From assembly GCA_949293385.1 (NCBI GenBank), contig CASFDQ010000130.1, forward strand, positions 1-42,932: a stretch of DNA of 42,932 nucleotides. The letters run 5' to 3'. The notes below the pieces were generated by a model. That model did not search any database and had not been told where the DNA came from. It worked only from the letters and a program-made list of their open reading frames with translations. The DNA is from an uncultured bacterium (GTDB taxonomy: Bacteria > Bacillota > Clostridia > Oscillospirales > Acutalibacteraceae). The position numbers and the translations under genes were made by a program. The stretch's first letter is position 1, and the number at the start of each line of letters is the position of its first letter. Positions 25,858 through 35,338 of the stretch are shown piece by piece.

Positions 25858-26189
25858 CCGTAATTCGGTTGTGCACAGTGAATTACGGCGAGCGTAGGAG
25901 GCTCTGTTCCCCGCGTTTTAAACTTAAATGCTTATAAGAGAAAAACGGCTACGATGCTCGGCCATCTCCGGTGGGAGAAGGGGGACCACGACCCGTAGGG
26001 TCGTATTTCCGCCCGCAGGGAGGAACACCGTTTTGCGCCAAAGGCGCAAATATCGTTTTCGTTTGCGGACGGAAAACGATGTTGCCTTACGGCAAATGAT
26101 GTTATGCTTCGCATAAATGATGTTGCGACTGTCGTCGCAAACGAAACTTTTCCGTAGCGGTGGATGAGGCATATCGTAGCCGAGTTTTT
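25858..26189. repeat. Mini-hairpin array F, closed by a long-range helix
   Basis: Contains at least 9 hairpins, including ccgtaattc...gaattacgg, ctcc/ggtg/ggag, acgaccc/gta/gggtcgt, ttgcgcc/aaa/ggcgcaa and cgttttc...gaaaacg. It includes the 95-nt block shared with array D. The 10-bp helix cggctacgat (25946..25955) / atcgtagccg (26173..26182) is flanked by AAAAA and TTTTT. Confidence 0.85.
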
Positions 26190-26259
26190 ATATACTTATT
26201 TCGTCTATGAGTCTGAGCTCTTCTTGGGTAAATACCGTATTTTCGGCTGCCTTGTACAT
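26188..26259 (-). CDS. Candidate 23-aa small ORF (MYKAAENTVFTQEELRLIDEISI)
   Basis: AAAGGAGG lies 6 nt upstream of the ATG at 26259. The stop TAA (26188..26190) is 5 nt before the closing helix of array F. No homology can be asserted. Confidence 0.3.
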   Translation of the reverse strand: MYKAAENTVFTQEELRLIDEISI

Positions 26260-26350
26260 ATTCTTCCTCCTTTAAGGTCGTGTTTTTAATACATCATACT
26301 ATACAACCTTTCCTTCGAAAAGGATTTTATTTGAAGAAATAATATTGCAG

Positions 26351-26379
26351 TTGAAAAACAAGCGGTTTTATAGTATAAT
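26351..26379 (+). promoter_or_regulatory. SigA-type promoter of ymdB
   Basis: TTGAAA, 17 nt spacer, TATAAT (consensus -10). Confidence 0.65.
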
Positions 26380-26409
26380 AAAATTAACATTGTAAACGGT
26401 GGTGCAAAC

Positions 26410-27192
26410 TTGAAGATACTTGCCGTAGGCGACGTATGCTCTGAGGGCGGAACGGAATTTCTCCTTAAAACCCTTCCTAAAATAAAAAAAGAATACGGTA
26501 TCGACTTTACGGTGGTAAACGGAGAAAATTCCTCGGTCTCAAACGCGATCTCTGCCGACTCTGCCGCCCTTATTTATGCGGCGGGAGCCGACGTTATAAC
26601 CGGCGGTAATCATACCCTTCACCGAAAGGATTTCCGTCCACTTCTCGATAGCGACGACACCCTGCTTCGTCCCGATAATATGCCTAAGGCCGAATTCGGG
26701 AAGGGCTACTGCCTCTATGATATGGGGCATACTAAGATAGCGGTCATAAACCTGCTGGGTCAGACCTACCTAGAGCTTCACGAAGCCGAAAACCCCTTTA
26801 CCTGCGCCGACCGGCTTATCGAAAGGGCCGAAAACGACGGCGCCGATCTCATACTTCTGGATTTTCACGCCGAGGCCACCAGCGAAAAGGTCGCAATGGG
26901 ACTCTATCTTGACGGAAGGGTCACGGCGGTATTCGGAACGCATACCCACGTTCAAACCTCCGACTGCAGGGTTCTGAAAAACGGAACGGCCTATATGACC
27001 GATCTGGGTATGACGGGCCCCGAGGACGGCGTTCTCGGCGTAAAAGCCGAAATTATTATCGACCGTTTTAAAAACGGCGGTACGGGACGCTTTACTCACG
27101 CCGAAGGAAACTGCGTCCTCGAGGGAATGATAATAGAGGCCGACAAAAACAGCGGAAAAGCAATTTCGGCTACGGCCGTTCGTATTAAATAA
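26410..27192 (+). CDS. ymdB: YmdB-family metallophosphoesterase (2',3'-cyclic-nucleotide phosphodiesterase)
   Basis: Motifs GDV...VVNGENS...GGNH...DFHAEATSEK...GTHTH. TTG start. Confidence 0.88.
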   Translation: MKILAVGDVCSEGGTEFLLKTLPKIKKEYGIDFTVVNGENSSVSNAISADSAALIYAAGADVITGGNHTLHRKDFRPLLDSDDTLLRPDNMPKAEFGKGYCLYDMGHTKIAVINLLGQTYLELHEAENPFTCADRLIERAENDGADLILLDFHAEATSEKVAMGLYLDGRVTAVFGTHTHVQTSDCRVLKNGTAYMTDLGMTGPEDGVLGVKAEIIIDRFKNGGTGRFTHAEGNCVLEGMIIEADKNSGKAISATAVRIK

Positions 27193-27203
27193 TTGGAGTT
27201 ATA

Positions 27204-28841
27204 ATGATAAAAAGGTTTATTTCAATACTGCTGGCGGCGGCGCTGCTTTTAGGTTTGGCAGGTTGCGGCAAAACGCCCGAAAAAAACGGACCTACCCCCG
27301 CTCCGAGCAGTACCGAAAACGAGGAAAAGGGCTCGACCCTTCGCCTTTTATACTGTGCTAACGATACCCTTAACCCTTATAAGACCATAAGTAAGCTTAA
27401 TTTCGAGCTTTCCTCCCTTATGTTCGATCCGCTTATAAAGCTCGACAATTCCTTAGGAGAGGTCTTCGTCCTTGCGAAAAGCGTAAAAAATGAGGACTCG
27501 GTATGTACCGTTACCCTTTCGGATGCGCTTTTTTCCGACGGTACCCCCCTTACCGCCGAGGACGTCATATTTTCCTTTAACCTCGCAAGAGAAAGCGAAA
27601 GGTATTCACACCTGACGGCAGGCGTAGAAAAGGTCGAGGCGACCGAGGACGGAGCCGTTCGGTTCGACCTTAAGAAAAACGACCCCTATTTTTATAGGCT
27701 TCTCGGCTTCCCCATACTTAAAAACGGCTCGGATCAGCTTAAAAACGAGGACAACGTCGAGCTTGTACCGATAGGTACGGGACGCTTTGTTTTCGGCGAC
27801 AAAAGCAAAAAGCTGACGGCAAATCCGAAATATTTCGGAGAAAAGCCGAGCGTTACCGAAATAACGCTTATAAACGCTCCCGACGGCGAATCTATGGAGC
27901 ATTACGTTGAGGTCGGCGCCACCGATATCTACTATGCCGACGGGGGAGACGAAAATATTATCCGTATGAGCGGTCAGAAGGCCCCCGTAAACCTTAACAA
28001 CCTCGTTTACCTCGGTATAAACCACGATTACGGCCCCCTGAGAAGCGACGACCTGCGTCATATTATCTCCTCGGCCATCTCGAGAAAGCTTATCGTAAGC
28101 GAGGCCTTTTACTCCAACGGAGTTGCCGCTACCGGCTTTTTTCACCCCGAATGGAGCGTAACTCAGGGATATCAGACCCTATCAGATTCGGCGAATTTAA
28201 AAATATGTGTTGAGAATTTGGCCAACATAGGTTATAATAGATTAAATGAGGAAGGTTATTCTGAAAATAAGAGCGGTAAGATATTAGAGCTCGACCTTCT
28301 CGTAAACCGAGACAGTTATACCAAGCTCTCGGCCGCCAACCTCATAAAAAAGCAGCTCGGCGAGGCAGGAATTAAAATAAACGTTAAGACCTCCTCCTCG
28401 GAGCAGTTTGTAAACGCCCTTAAAAACGGTCAGTTTCAGCTTTATCTCGGCGAAATTAAGCTGAACAGAAATATGGATATATCTTCCCTCGTTTTAAAGG
28501 GAGGCTCGGCCGCCTACGGAATGCCCGAGGCGCCGAAAAAGTCCGAAAACAAGAAGGATGAGGACGATAAAAAGGAGGAAGGCTCCTTCGATATGCCCGA
28601 AGAGGAGGAGATCCCCGAGGATTTCGACGGAGAAACCTCGTACATCTCGGTGATCGAGGGCTACTATAAGGGCGAAAATTCGGTAACCGATATTGCCTCC
28701 GCCCTTCTTTCCTCAATGCCCGTTATCCCCCTTCTTTACAGAAGCGCAGTGGTCTTTTATTCTGACGAAATTGAAAATATCGGTGAGGTATCCTGCTACG
28801 ATATATTCTTTTCGGCTGATAAATATAAAGTTAAAAAATAA
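27204..28841 (+). CDS. ABC-transporter substrate-binding lipoprotein, family 5 (peptide/nickel type); orphan
   Basis: Lipobox LLGLAGCG and SBP_bac_5-like architecture, with an acidic low-complexity insert (KKSENKKDEDDKKEEGSFDMPEEEEIPEDFDGE). No permease or ATPase genes are adjacent. Confidence 0.7.
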   Translation: MIKRFISILLAAALLLGLAGCGKTPEKNGPTPAPSSTENEEKGSTLRLLYCANDTLNPYKTISKLNFELSSLMFDPLIKLDNSLGEVFVLAKSVKNEDSVCTVTLSDALFSDGTPLTAEDVIFSFNLARESERYSHLTAGVEKVEATEDGAVRFDLKKNDPYFYRLLGFPILKNGSDQLKNEDNVELVPIGTGRFVFGDKSKKLTANPKYFGEKPSVTEITLINAPDGESMEHYVEVGATDIYYADGGDENIIRMSGQKAPVNLNNLVYLGINHDYGPLRSDDLRHIISSAISRKLIVSEAFYSNGVAATGFFHPEWSVTQGYQTLSDSANLKICVENLANIGYNRLNEEGYSENKSGKILELDLLVNRDSYTKLSAANLIKKQLGEAGIKINVKTSSSEQFVNALKNGQFQLYLGEIKLNRNMDISSLVLKGGSAAYGMPEAPKKSENKKDEDDKKEEGSFDMPEEEEIPEDFDGETSYISVIEGYYKGENSVTDIASALLSSMPVIPLLYRSAVVFYSDEIENIGEVSCYDIFFSADKYKVKK

Positions 28842-28859
28842 TTTCCGGAGGATTTTACA

Positions 28860-29210
28860 ATGATTTCTTACGAAACCCGAATTGGCAAAATTTCGCTTTC
28901 TGAAGACTATCTTCAGAAACTGATTGGCGAAGCCGTCACCTCCTGCTTCGGAGTTGTCGGTATGGTTCCCAGCGGAGGAAAGCAGCACTTCTTCAACTTC
29001 ATCTCCAAAAAGGAACGCCTCAGCAAGGGTATAATCATTCGCGGCGATGCCGATAACGTTACCATTGAGCTTCATATAATCGTATCCTACGGAATGAATA
29101 TAAACGCAATCGCTCAAAGCATTGTTCATAAGGTTCACTACGTTGTTACCGAGGCCACCGGCATCAAGGTCAACAAGGTTACCGTAAAGGTAGACGGAAT
29201 CAAAGAATGA
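28860..29210 (+). CDS. yloU: Asp23/Gls24 family envelope-stress protein (YloU-like)
   Basis: 116 aa with an Asp23-type sequence (LIGEAVTSCFGVVGM...VSYGMNI...V...V). It sits in the conserved position upstream of yloV-recG. Confidence 0.8.
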   Translation: MISYETRIGKISLSEDYLQKLIGEAVTSCFGVVGMVPSGGKQHFFNFISKKERLSKGIIIRGDADNVTIELHIIVSYGMNINAIAQSIVHKVHYVVTEATGIKVNKVTVKVDGIKE

Positions 29211-29267
29211 TAAAGCCCCGAGGCTATCACCGCGCATTTTTTGTGCCCAATTTTAAGGAGTGTTCTG

Positions 29268-30935
29268 ATGTTTAACGGAAACATACTGCGTGACGCAATT
29301 ATTTCTGCAGCAAACAACATTGCAAATAATAAAAAGGCGGTCGACGATCTTAACGTTTTCCCCGTGCCCGACGGAGATACCGGTACCAATATGTCTATGA
29401 GTATCGGAAACGCCGCAAAGGAGCTTGCCCGTGTTAAGGATGAGCCGGTCGGCAAGGTCGCACAAACCGCCGCCTCCGCCCTTCTTCGCGGAGCAAGAGG
29501 AAATTCGGGCGTTATTACCTCCCTCCTTTTCAGAGGCCTTGCAAAGGGCTTTAAGGACGCCGACGAAATAACCTCCGAGAATCTTGCCGCCGCCTTTAAG
29601 GCAGGCGTTGAGGCCGCATACAAGGCCGTTATGAAGCCTACCGAGGGTACTATTCTTACGGTTGCCCGCGTTGCAAGTGAATACGCGAGCCGCGCAAACG
29701 ATACGGGAAAAGACCCCTTAGAGGTTTTCGAGGCCGCTATGGAAGGAGCTAAGAAGGCTCTTGCAGAGACCCCCGAAATGCTTCCCGTTCTCAAGAAGGC
29801 AGGGGTCGTCGACGCAGGAGGACAGGGCTTCGTCGTTATCCTCGAGGGTATGTACTCGGTGTTTAAGGACGGCGTTATGATAATGCCTGCTGCCGCACCT
29901 GCCGTCAAGGAGACCGAGGAAGAAGCCGCACCTACGGTCAGAAACGCCGCAGGCGAGCTTGAAGACTTCGACATCAACTTCCCCTACTGTACCGAATTTA
30001 TTATAATCCGTTCGGCCGACTGCGATAAGGAGCCCGCAGAGCTCAGAAGCTATCTTGAGTCTATGGGCGACTGCGTAGTAGTGGTCGACGACGAGGAGAT
30101 AATAAAGGTTCACGTTCATACCGATCATCCCGGTAACGCTATCGAGAAGGCCCTTACCTTCGGCGCTCTTACCAAGCTGAAGATAGAAAATATGGCCGAG
30201 CAGCACGAGCAGGCCAAGCAGGAGGCCGCGGCCGCTGCTAAATCAAACGAGCCCTTCAAGCCTGCCGAGCCCGAAAAGCCCTTCGGCTTCGTATCGGTTG
30301 CCGCAGGTGACGGTCTTGCCGCCCTCTTTACCGATCTTGGCGCAGACGTCGTCGTCAGCGGCGGTCAGACTATGAACCCCTCTACCGACGATATCCTTCA
30401 CGCTATCGAGTCTACTCCCGCCGAGACGGTATTCGTTCTCCCCAATAATAAGAATATTATTATGGCGGCCGAGCAGGCTATCCCCCTTGCCACGAGAAAC
30501 GTCGTCGTTATTCACAGCCGTACCATTCCTCAGGGAATTACCGCTATGCTTAATTTCGATCCCGATGCCGACACCGATACCAACGCTATAAACCTCGGAA
30601 ACGCTATCAACAACGTCTCAACGGGTCAGATAACCTTTGCCGCCCGCGACTCTGAGTTCGACGGCAAGAAGATCAGACAGGGCGAGCTTTTAGCCCTCGA
30701 CGGCGGAAAGATCGTATTTACCGAAACGAGCATCGAAAACTGCCTTGTTCGTCTTACTAAGCAGCTTATTAAAAAGGACTCCTCCTTCGTTACCGTATTT
30801 TACGGCGAAGACGTTACCGATAAGCAGGCCGAATCCCTCTTTAAGGTTTTAGAGAGCAAGTTCGGAAGCAAGGTCGAATTCACTCTGGTAAACGGCGGTC
30901 AGCCCGTATACTATTTCATTATTTCCGTAGAGTAA
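29268..30935 (+). CDS. yloV: DAK2-domain protein YloV
   Basis: DAK2 N-terminal motifs (FPVPDGDTGTNM, RGARGNSGVI) and a DegV-like C-terminal part. ATG at 29268 behind AAGGAG. Confidence 0.88.
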   Translation: MFNGNILRDAIISAANNIANNKKAVDDLNVFPVPDGDTGTNMSMSIGNAAKELARVKDEPVGKVAQTAASALLRGARGNSGVITSLLFRGLAKGFKDADEITSENLAAAFKAGVEAAYKAVMKPTEGTILTVARVASEYASRANDTGKDPLEVFEAAMEGAKKALAETPEMLPVLKKAGVVDAGGQGFVVILEGMYSVFKDGVMIMPAAAPAVKETEEEAAPTVRNAAGELEDFDINFPYCTEFIIIRSADCDKEPAELRSYLESMGDCVVVVDDEEIIKVHVHTDHPGNAIEKALTFGALTKLKIENMAEQHEQAKQEAAAAAKSNEPFKPAEPEKPFGFVSVAAGDGLAALFTDLGADVVVSGGQTMNPSTDDILHAIESTPAETVFVLPNNKNIIMAAEQAIPLATRNVVVIHSRTIPQGITAMLNFDPDADTDTNAINLGNAINNVSTGQITFAARDSEFDGKKIRQGELLALDGGKIVFTETSIENCLVRLTKQLIKKDSSFVTVFYGEDVTDKQAESLFKVLESKFGSKVEFTLVNGGQPVYYFIISVE

Positions 30936-30948
30936 TCGGAGGTGCCTT

Positions 30949-32973
30949 ATGGCAACCGAATCGGACAGCATAAGATATCTTAAAGGGATAGGCGAAAAAC
31001 GCTCCCTGTTATATAGCAAATTGGGCATCGACACCGTCGGCGCCCTTTTGCGTTTTTATCCCCGTTCCTACGAGGATTGGAGCCTCATTACTCCTATCTC
31101 CGAGGCAAGGGGAAGAGGAACCGTCTGTATAAAGGCCGAGGTCGTTACCCCCGTTAAAGAAAACTATATCCGAAAAAATATGGTTCTTTACAAGACGACG
31201 GTAAGGGATAAAAGCGGCATTATGACGGTTACCGTTTTTAACAATAAATACGACGCAGAAAAGCTTAAGGTCGGAAGCGAATTCCTTTTTTACGGAAAGC
31301 TTTCTACCGAGTCTTTTTATGCCGAAATGTCCTCCCCGAAGATAAGACCTGCGGGTTTCGATTATCTAAGACCTATCTACCCCGCAACCGCAGGACTTGG
31401 CAGTGCCGCCCTCGAAAAATCGGTAAAAACCGCCCTTAGTGCCGTAGAGCCCAAGGAGATACTGCCTAAAAGCGTTATTGACGAAAACCGCTTGATGTCA
31501 AGAAGTGCGGCTATAAAAAACGTTCATTTTCCCGAAAATAAGGAGATTCTCGTTAAAGCGAGGCACCGCCTTATCTTCGAAGAGCTTTTTATGCTTCAGG
31601 CGGGTCTTCTGCTTATAAAAAACGTCAACAGAGGCCTGACCCCCTGCGTATTTAAGACCGACTTTACTAAAGAATTTTACGAGCTTCTACCCTTTGAGCT
31701 TACCTCGGCGCAGAAAAGATGTATAGCCGAGGCGGCCGCCGATATGTCGGATAAGCGACCGATGAATCGCCTTATTCAGGGCGACGTCGGAAGCGGAAAA
31801 ACCGCCGTTGCCGCCGCCTGCTGTTATTCTGCCGTCAAAAACGGTTATCAGGCCGCTATGATGGCTCCTACCGAGATCTTGGCCGAGCAGCATTTTAAAA
31901 CCTTCTCGAATTTCTTTGAAACGACCGATATACGGGTCGCTCTCCTTACGGGAAGCCTCAGCAAGAAAAAGAAGGACGAGCTTAAAGCCGGGCTCGAAGG
32001 CGGCGAGATAGACCTTGTTATAGGTACTCACGCTCTGCTTTCGGATAACGTCTATTTTAAAAACCTCGGACTTGTCATAACCGACGAGCAGCACCGCTTC
32101 GGCGTTGAGCAGAGGGCGGTCCTTTCCTCGAAGGGAAAAGCGCCCCATCTTCTCGTTATGTCGGCTACCCCCATACCCCGTACCCTTGCCCTTATAATGC
32201 ACGGAGACCTTGATATTTCGATAATCGACGAATATCCGAGGGGCCGGCAGGCGGTAAAGACCTACTGCGTCGGCTCCTCCTACCGCGAAAGGATCTATAA
32301 CTATATAAAAAAGCATATTGAAAACGGTCATCAGGGCTATATAGTATGCCCCTTGGTCGAAGAGGGGGAAGAGGCAGGCGACCTGATATCGGCCGAGAAA
32401 TATTTCGAGACCCTTTCGAAAAATGAGTTTAAGGACTATAGGCTCGGCCTGCTTCACGGAAAAATGAAGCCGAAGGAAAAGGACGGGGTAATGCGCGACT
32501 TCGCAAAAGGGGATATCGACCTGCTTATTTCAACTACGGTCATTGAGGTCGGTATCGATGTTCCGAATTCTACCGTTATGGTTATCGAAAACGCCGAGCG
32601 CTTCGGCCTTTCACAGCTTCACCAGCTCAGAGGCCGTATCGGACGCGGAAGCGGAAGCTCCGACTGTATCCTTATTTCCGACTCTAAGACCGCGAAGAAG
32701 ACCCGCCTTAAAATAATGTGCGATACGGTGGACGGCTTCGAGATCGCCGATAAAGACTTAGCCCTTCGAGGCCCCGGTGACTTCCTCGGTAACCGTCAGC
32801 ACGGTCTGCCAGAGCTTCGTATCGCCGACCTGTCGAGCGATATCGGCGTGCTTCGCCTTGCGGGACGTCAGGCCGCCGAGCTTATAAAGGCCGACCCTCT
32901 TCTTAAAGACCCCGAAAACGCCGCCTTTAAGGCCGAAATTCATCGGATGCTTTCGAGAATGAAAAATAATTAG
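30949..32973 (+). CDS. recG: ATP-dependent DNA helicase RecG
   Basis: Wedge-domain N-terminus, Walker A GDVGSGKT, DEQHRFG, SATPIPRTL and QLHQLRGRIGRG. Ends at TAG. Confidence 0.95.
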   Translation: MATESDSIRYLKGIGEKRSLLYSKLGIDTVGALLRFYPRSYEDWSLITPISEARGRGTVCIKAEVVTPVKENYIRKNMVLYKTTVRDKSGIMTVTVFNNKYDAEKLKVGSEFLFYGKLSTESFYAEMSSPKIRPAGFDYLRPIYPATAGLGSAALEKSVKTALSAVEPKEILPKSVIDENRLMSRSAAIKNVHFPENKEILVKARHRLIFEELFMLQAGLLLIKNVNRGLTPCVFKTDFTKEFYELLPFELTSAQKRCIAEAAADMSDKRPMNRLIQGDVGSGKTAVAAACCYSAVKNGYQAAMMAPTEILAEQHFKTFSNFFETTDIRVALLTGSLSKKKKDELKAGLEGGEIDLVIGTHALLSDNVYFKNLGLVITDEQHRFGVEQRAVLSSKGKAPHLLVMSATPIPRTLALIMHGDLDISIIDEYPRGRQAVKTYCVGSSYRERIYNYIKKHIENGHQGYIVCPLVEEGEEAGDLISAEKYFETLSKNEFKDYRLGLLHGKMKPKEKDGVMRDFAKGDIDLLISTTVIEVGIDVPNSTVMVIENAERFGLSQLHQLRGRIGRGSGSSDCILISDSKTAKKTRLKIMCDTVDGFEIADKDLALRGPGDFLGNRQHGLPELRIADLSSDIGVLRLAGRQAAELIKADPLLKDPENAAFKAEIHRMLSRMKNN

Positions 32974-33032
32974 TGCAATTTTTAAAAAAGTATGGTAAAA
33001 TAGCGAAAGACTTTTTTATTTGGAGAAATATA

Positions 33033-33896
33033 ATGCCACACGAGATACTACACGCGCTGGAGCATAGCCTTATAGAAACGGCTAAAATGGCTCCCATAAT
33101 ATTTCTTGCCTATTTGTTTATGGAATGGCTTGAGCATACGAGCAGTGCGCGTCTCGGAAACGCAGTGCATAAGGTTAAAGGTGCGGGTCCGTTTATCGGC
33201 TCTGCCTTGGGCCTTATTCCGCAGTGCGGCTTTTCGGGCGCGATAGCGGGAATGTACGCCGCAGGAACGGTAACTATGGGAACCCTTCTTGCCGTCCTCC
33301 TTGCCACGAGCGACGAAATGCTCGTTATTATGCTTCCCGAGCTTGGAAAGGGACGTATAACCCTATGGCTTCTGATCTTTATACTTGTTTTCAAGTTTGT
33401 TATAGGCGCTTTGGTCGGATTCATAGCCGACTTTATTCTGAGAAAACGTCACGCCGAACGGGAAGAGGATATTCACGGCTTCTGTGAAAGGGAAAACTGC
33501 TCCTGCAGCGACGGCGTATGGCTATCGGCCGTAAAGCATACTCTTAAGATCCTGCTTATAATCTTTGTCGTTTCGGTACTGCTTCATATAGCCGTAGAGC
33601 TTATCCCCGAGGAGGCGTTAAAAAGCGCACTCAACTTCCCCGTACTTAGCGAGCTTGCCGCCGCCCTCGTAGGACTTGTTCCGAGCTGTGCCGTATCGGT
33701 GACCCTGACCTCCCTTTACGTAGAGGGTGCCTTGGGTCTCGGGCCTCTGCTCTGTGGCCTTCTTACCAACGGCGGAGTCGGACTTTTAGTTCTCTACCGC
33801 GTAAACAAAAGCAAAAAAGACAGCCTTATCATAACGGCCGTCGTTTTCGCTGCAGGACTTATCTTTGGAAGCCTTGCGGGACTTATAATGGGATAA
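33033..33896 (+). CDS. 10-TM putative metal-ion transporter (ArsP_2 / 'putative manganese transporter'-like family)
   Basis: Motifs LIPQCGFSGA and LLATSDEMLVI in a polytopic protein. The family name is recalled from memory. ATG at 33033 behind GGAGA. Confidence 0.5.
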   Translation: MPHEILHALEHSLIETAKMAPIIFLAYLFMEWLEHTSSARLGNAVHKVKGAGPFIGSALGLIPQCGFSGAIAGMYAAGTVTMGTLLAVLLATSDEMLVIMLPELGKGRITLWLLIFILVFKFVIGALVGFIADFILRKRHAEREEDIHGFCERENCSCSDGVWLSAVKHTLKILLIIFVVSVLLHIAVELIPEEALKSALNFPVLSELAAALVGLVPSCAVSVTLTSLYVEGALGLGPLLCGLLTNGGVGLLVLYRVNKSKKDSLIITAVVFAAGLIFGSLAGLIMG

Positions 33897-33928
33897 AAAA
33901 GACACGGATCGGTTGATCTGTGTCTTTT
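33896..33928. terminator. Bidirectional terminator
   Basis: aagacacggatc / gatctgtgtctt (one G-T pair) with loop ggtt, flanked by A6 and T4 runs. Confidence 0.65.
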
Positions 33929-33931
33929 GAT

Positions 33932-35338
33932 TTATATATTTACGCCCTGAGCTTTAAGGAGCTTTCTTACCTCGGTGCCGTCAAGTAAGGACGGTGCCGT
34001 TTTGCTTTTCACAGATATAGCCGCCGCAGTGCCTGCCGCCTGCCCCGTTAAGATACAGGTTCCCTGAATACGGGTGCTCGCGTGGGCAATATGGTCGACC
34101 GAAATACATCTTCCGCAAACCAAAAGGTTTTCAGCCTCGTCGGTAACAAGGCTTCCGTAGGGTATCTCGTAAAAGTCGCCCTTGATACTTCCGCCGATGG
34201 CCGAGGATTTACCCTTCGGGTCGTGCAGGTCGATAATATAAGAGCCTCTTGCTACAGCGTCGTCGAAGCGCTTGCAGGAGATGACCTCTCCGCCCGAAAG
34301 CAGGTATTTGCCTCTGAGCCTGCGGGTCTCTCTTATACCGAGGGTCGCGCCCGACTGAATAAGGTAGCTTTTTTCAAAACCGGGTATAAATGTCTGAAGA
34401 AAATCGACTATGGCGATAAGCTGAAGCTGAGCCTTTATCTCTCCCTCGTTAAGACTGTCCGAATCGGCGCCGTTTATACCTACTACCCGCGACATATTTA
34501 TTACGGCAACGTCGCTTTTTGTGCCTCGGGAAACGAGAACTCTGCCCTGCGGCATAGGTATACTGTCGTCGTCCGAAAGCTCGAAGCCGCAGGTGTTTGC
34601 GAAGCTCCAGTTTTCGAACCGTTCCCTCGTTATACCGTAGTCCCCGAAGAGAAGATGCTTATTGTTAAGAGCCGAAGCCCTTTCGTAATCGACTCCGCCC
34701 ATAGTAAAGAATATCGACACGGGCTGCATAACGCCTACCGCGCCCTGATACCTTTCCTCCGAATTATGCCTTATATCAAGGTCGTTTTCCTTAAGGGTAT
34801 CGTAAACTCCGCTTTCGCTTCCAAGCGAAAAATCACATCCCGAAAGGGCTAAAAGATCACCGTCACCGCTGGCGTCGATAAACACCTCGGCAAAGATCTC
34901 GGTAAAGCCCGATTTTTCCAAAATGGTTATTTTTTTGATCTCCTTACCCTCTTTTACGGTATCGCAGAGGGTAGAATGAAACCTTATTTCGACGCCCGCA
35001 TCGTCAAGCAGCTTTAAAAGAAGATACTTAACGATATGAGGGGCCGCTATCTGCCAGTGGTGGCCTTCATCGGGGTCGTTGGTGCAGTATTTTTCCGAAA
35101 GCATACACACCCCGTCGCTTATTTCCTTCAGTATTCCGCCGAAGCTCTCGCCCGATAGGGTAACCCGCGAATCGAGAGGCGTAACTATTCCGAGACCTGC
35201 CTGACCGCCCAAAACCCCCGACGACTCTATAAGAAGGGTATCGGCGCCGTTTCGTGCCGCCGCCAGTGCCGCCGCACAGCCCGCAACTCCTCCGCCTATA
35301 ACTACGACCTGCTTCTTTATAGTTTTAGATATCTTCAT
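33932..35338 (-). CDS. FAD-dependent oxidoreductase (FAD_oxidored/PF12831-like)
   Basis: Dinucleotide-binding VVVIGGGVAGCAAALAAARNG. ATG at 35338. Overlaps the end of the upstream EamA gene by 14 nt. Confidence 0.75.
   Translation of the reverse strand: MKISKTIKKQVVVIGGGVAGCAAALAAARNGADTLLIESSGVLGGQAGLGIVTPLDSRVTLSGESFGGILKEISDGVCMLSEKYCTNDPDEGHHWQIAAPHIVKYLLLKLLDDAGVEIRFHSTLCDTVKEGKEIKKITILEKSGFTEIFAEVFIDASGDGDLLALSGCDFSLGSESGVYDTLKENDLDIRHNSEERYQGAVGVMQPVSIFFTMGGVDYERASALNNKHLLFGDYGITRERFENWSFANTCGFELSDDDSIPMPQGRVLVSRGTKSDVAVINMSRVVGINGADSDSLNEGEIKAQLQLIAIVDFLQTFIPGFEKSYLIQSGATLGIRETRRLRGKYLLSGGEVISCKRFDDAVARGSYIIDLHDPKGKSSAIGGSIKGDFYEIPYGSLVTDEAENLLVCGRCISVDHIAHASTRIQGTCILTGQAAGTAAAISVKSKTAPSLLDGTEVRKLLKAQGVNI

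Noticed and set aside
25924-26172. ORFs inside the hairpin arrays (22..246, 11263..11502, 17811..18008, 17971..18180, 25924..26172, 25928..26116)
   Set aside because: Their translations are Arg/Lys/Cys-rich nonsense produced by palindromic DNA. They are open on both strands at once, lack an RBS and coincide exactly with the repeats.
26188-26259. The small ORF as a Spo0E-like phosphatase fragment (TQEELRLIDE vs the SQELDxLI motif)
   Set aside because: The resemblance is limited to a few residues, the order does not match the signature, and the peptide is less than half the length of Spo0E-family proteins.
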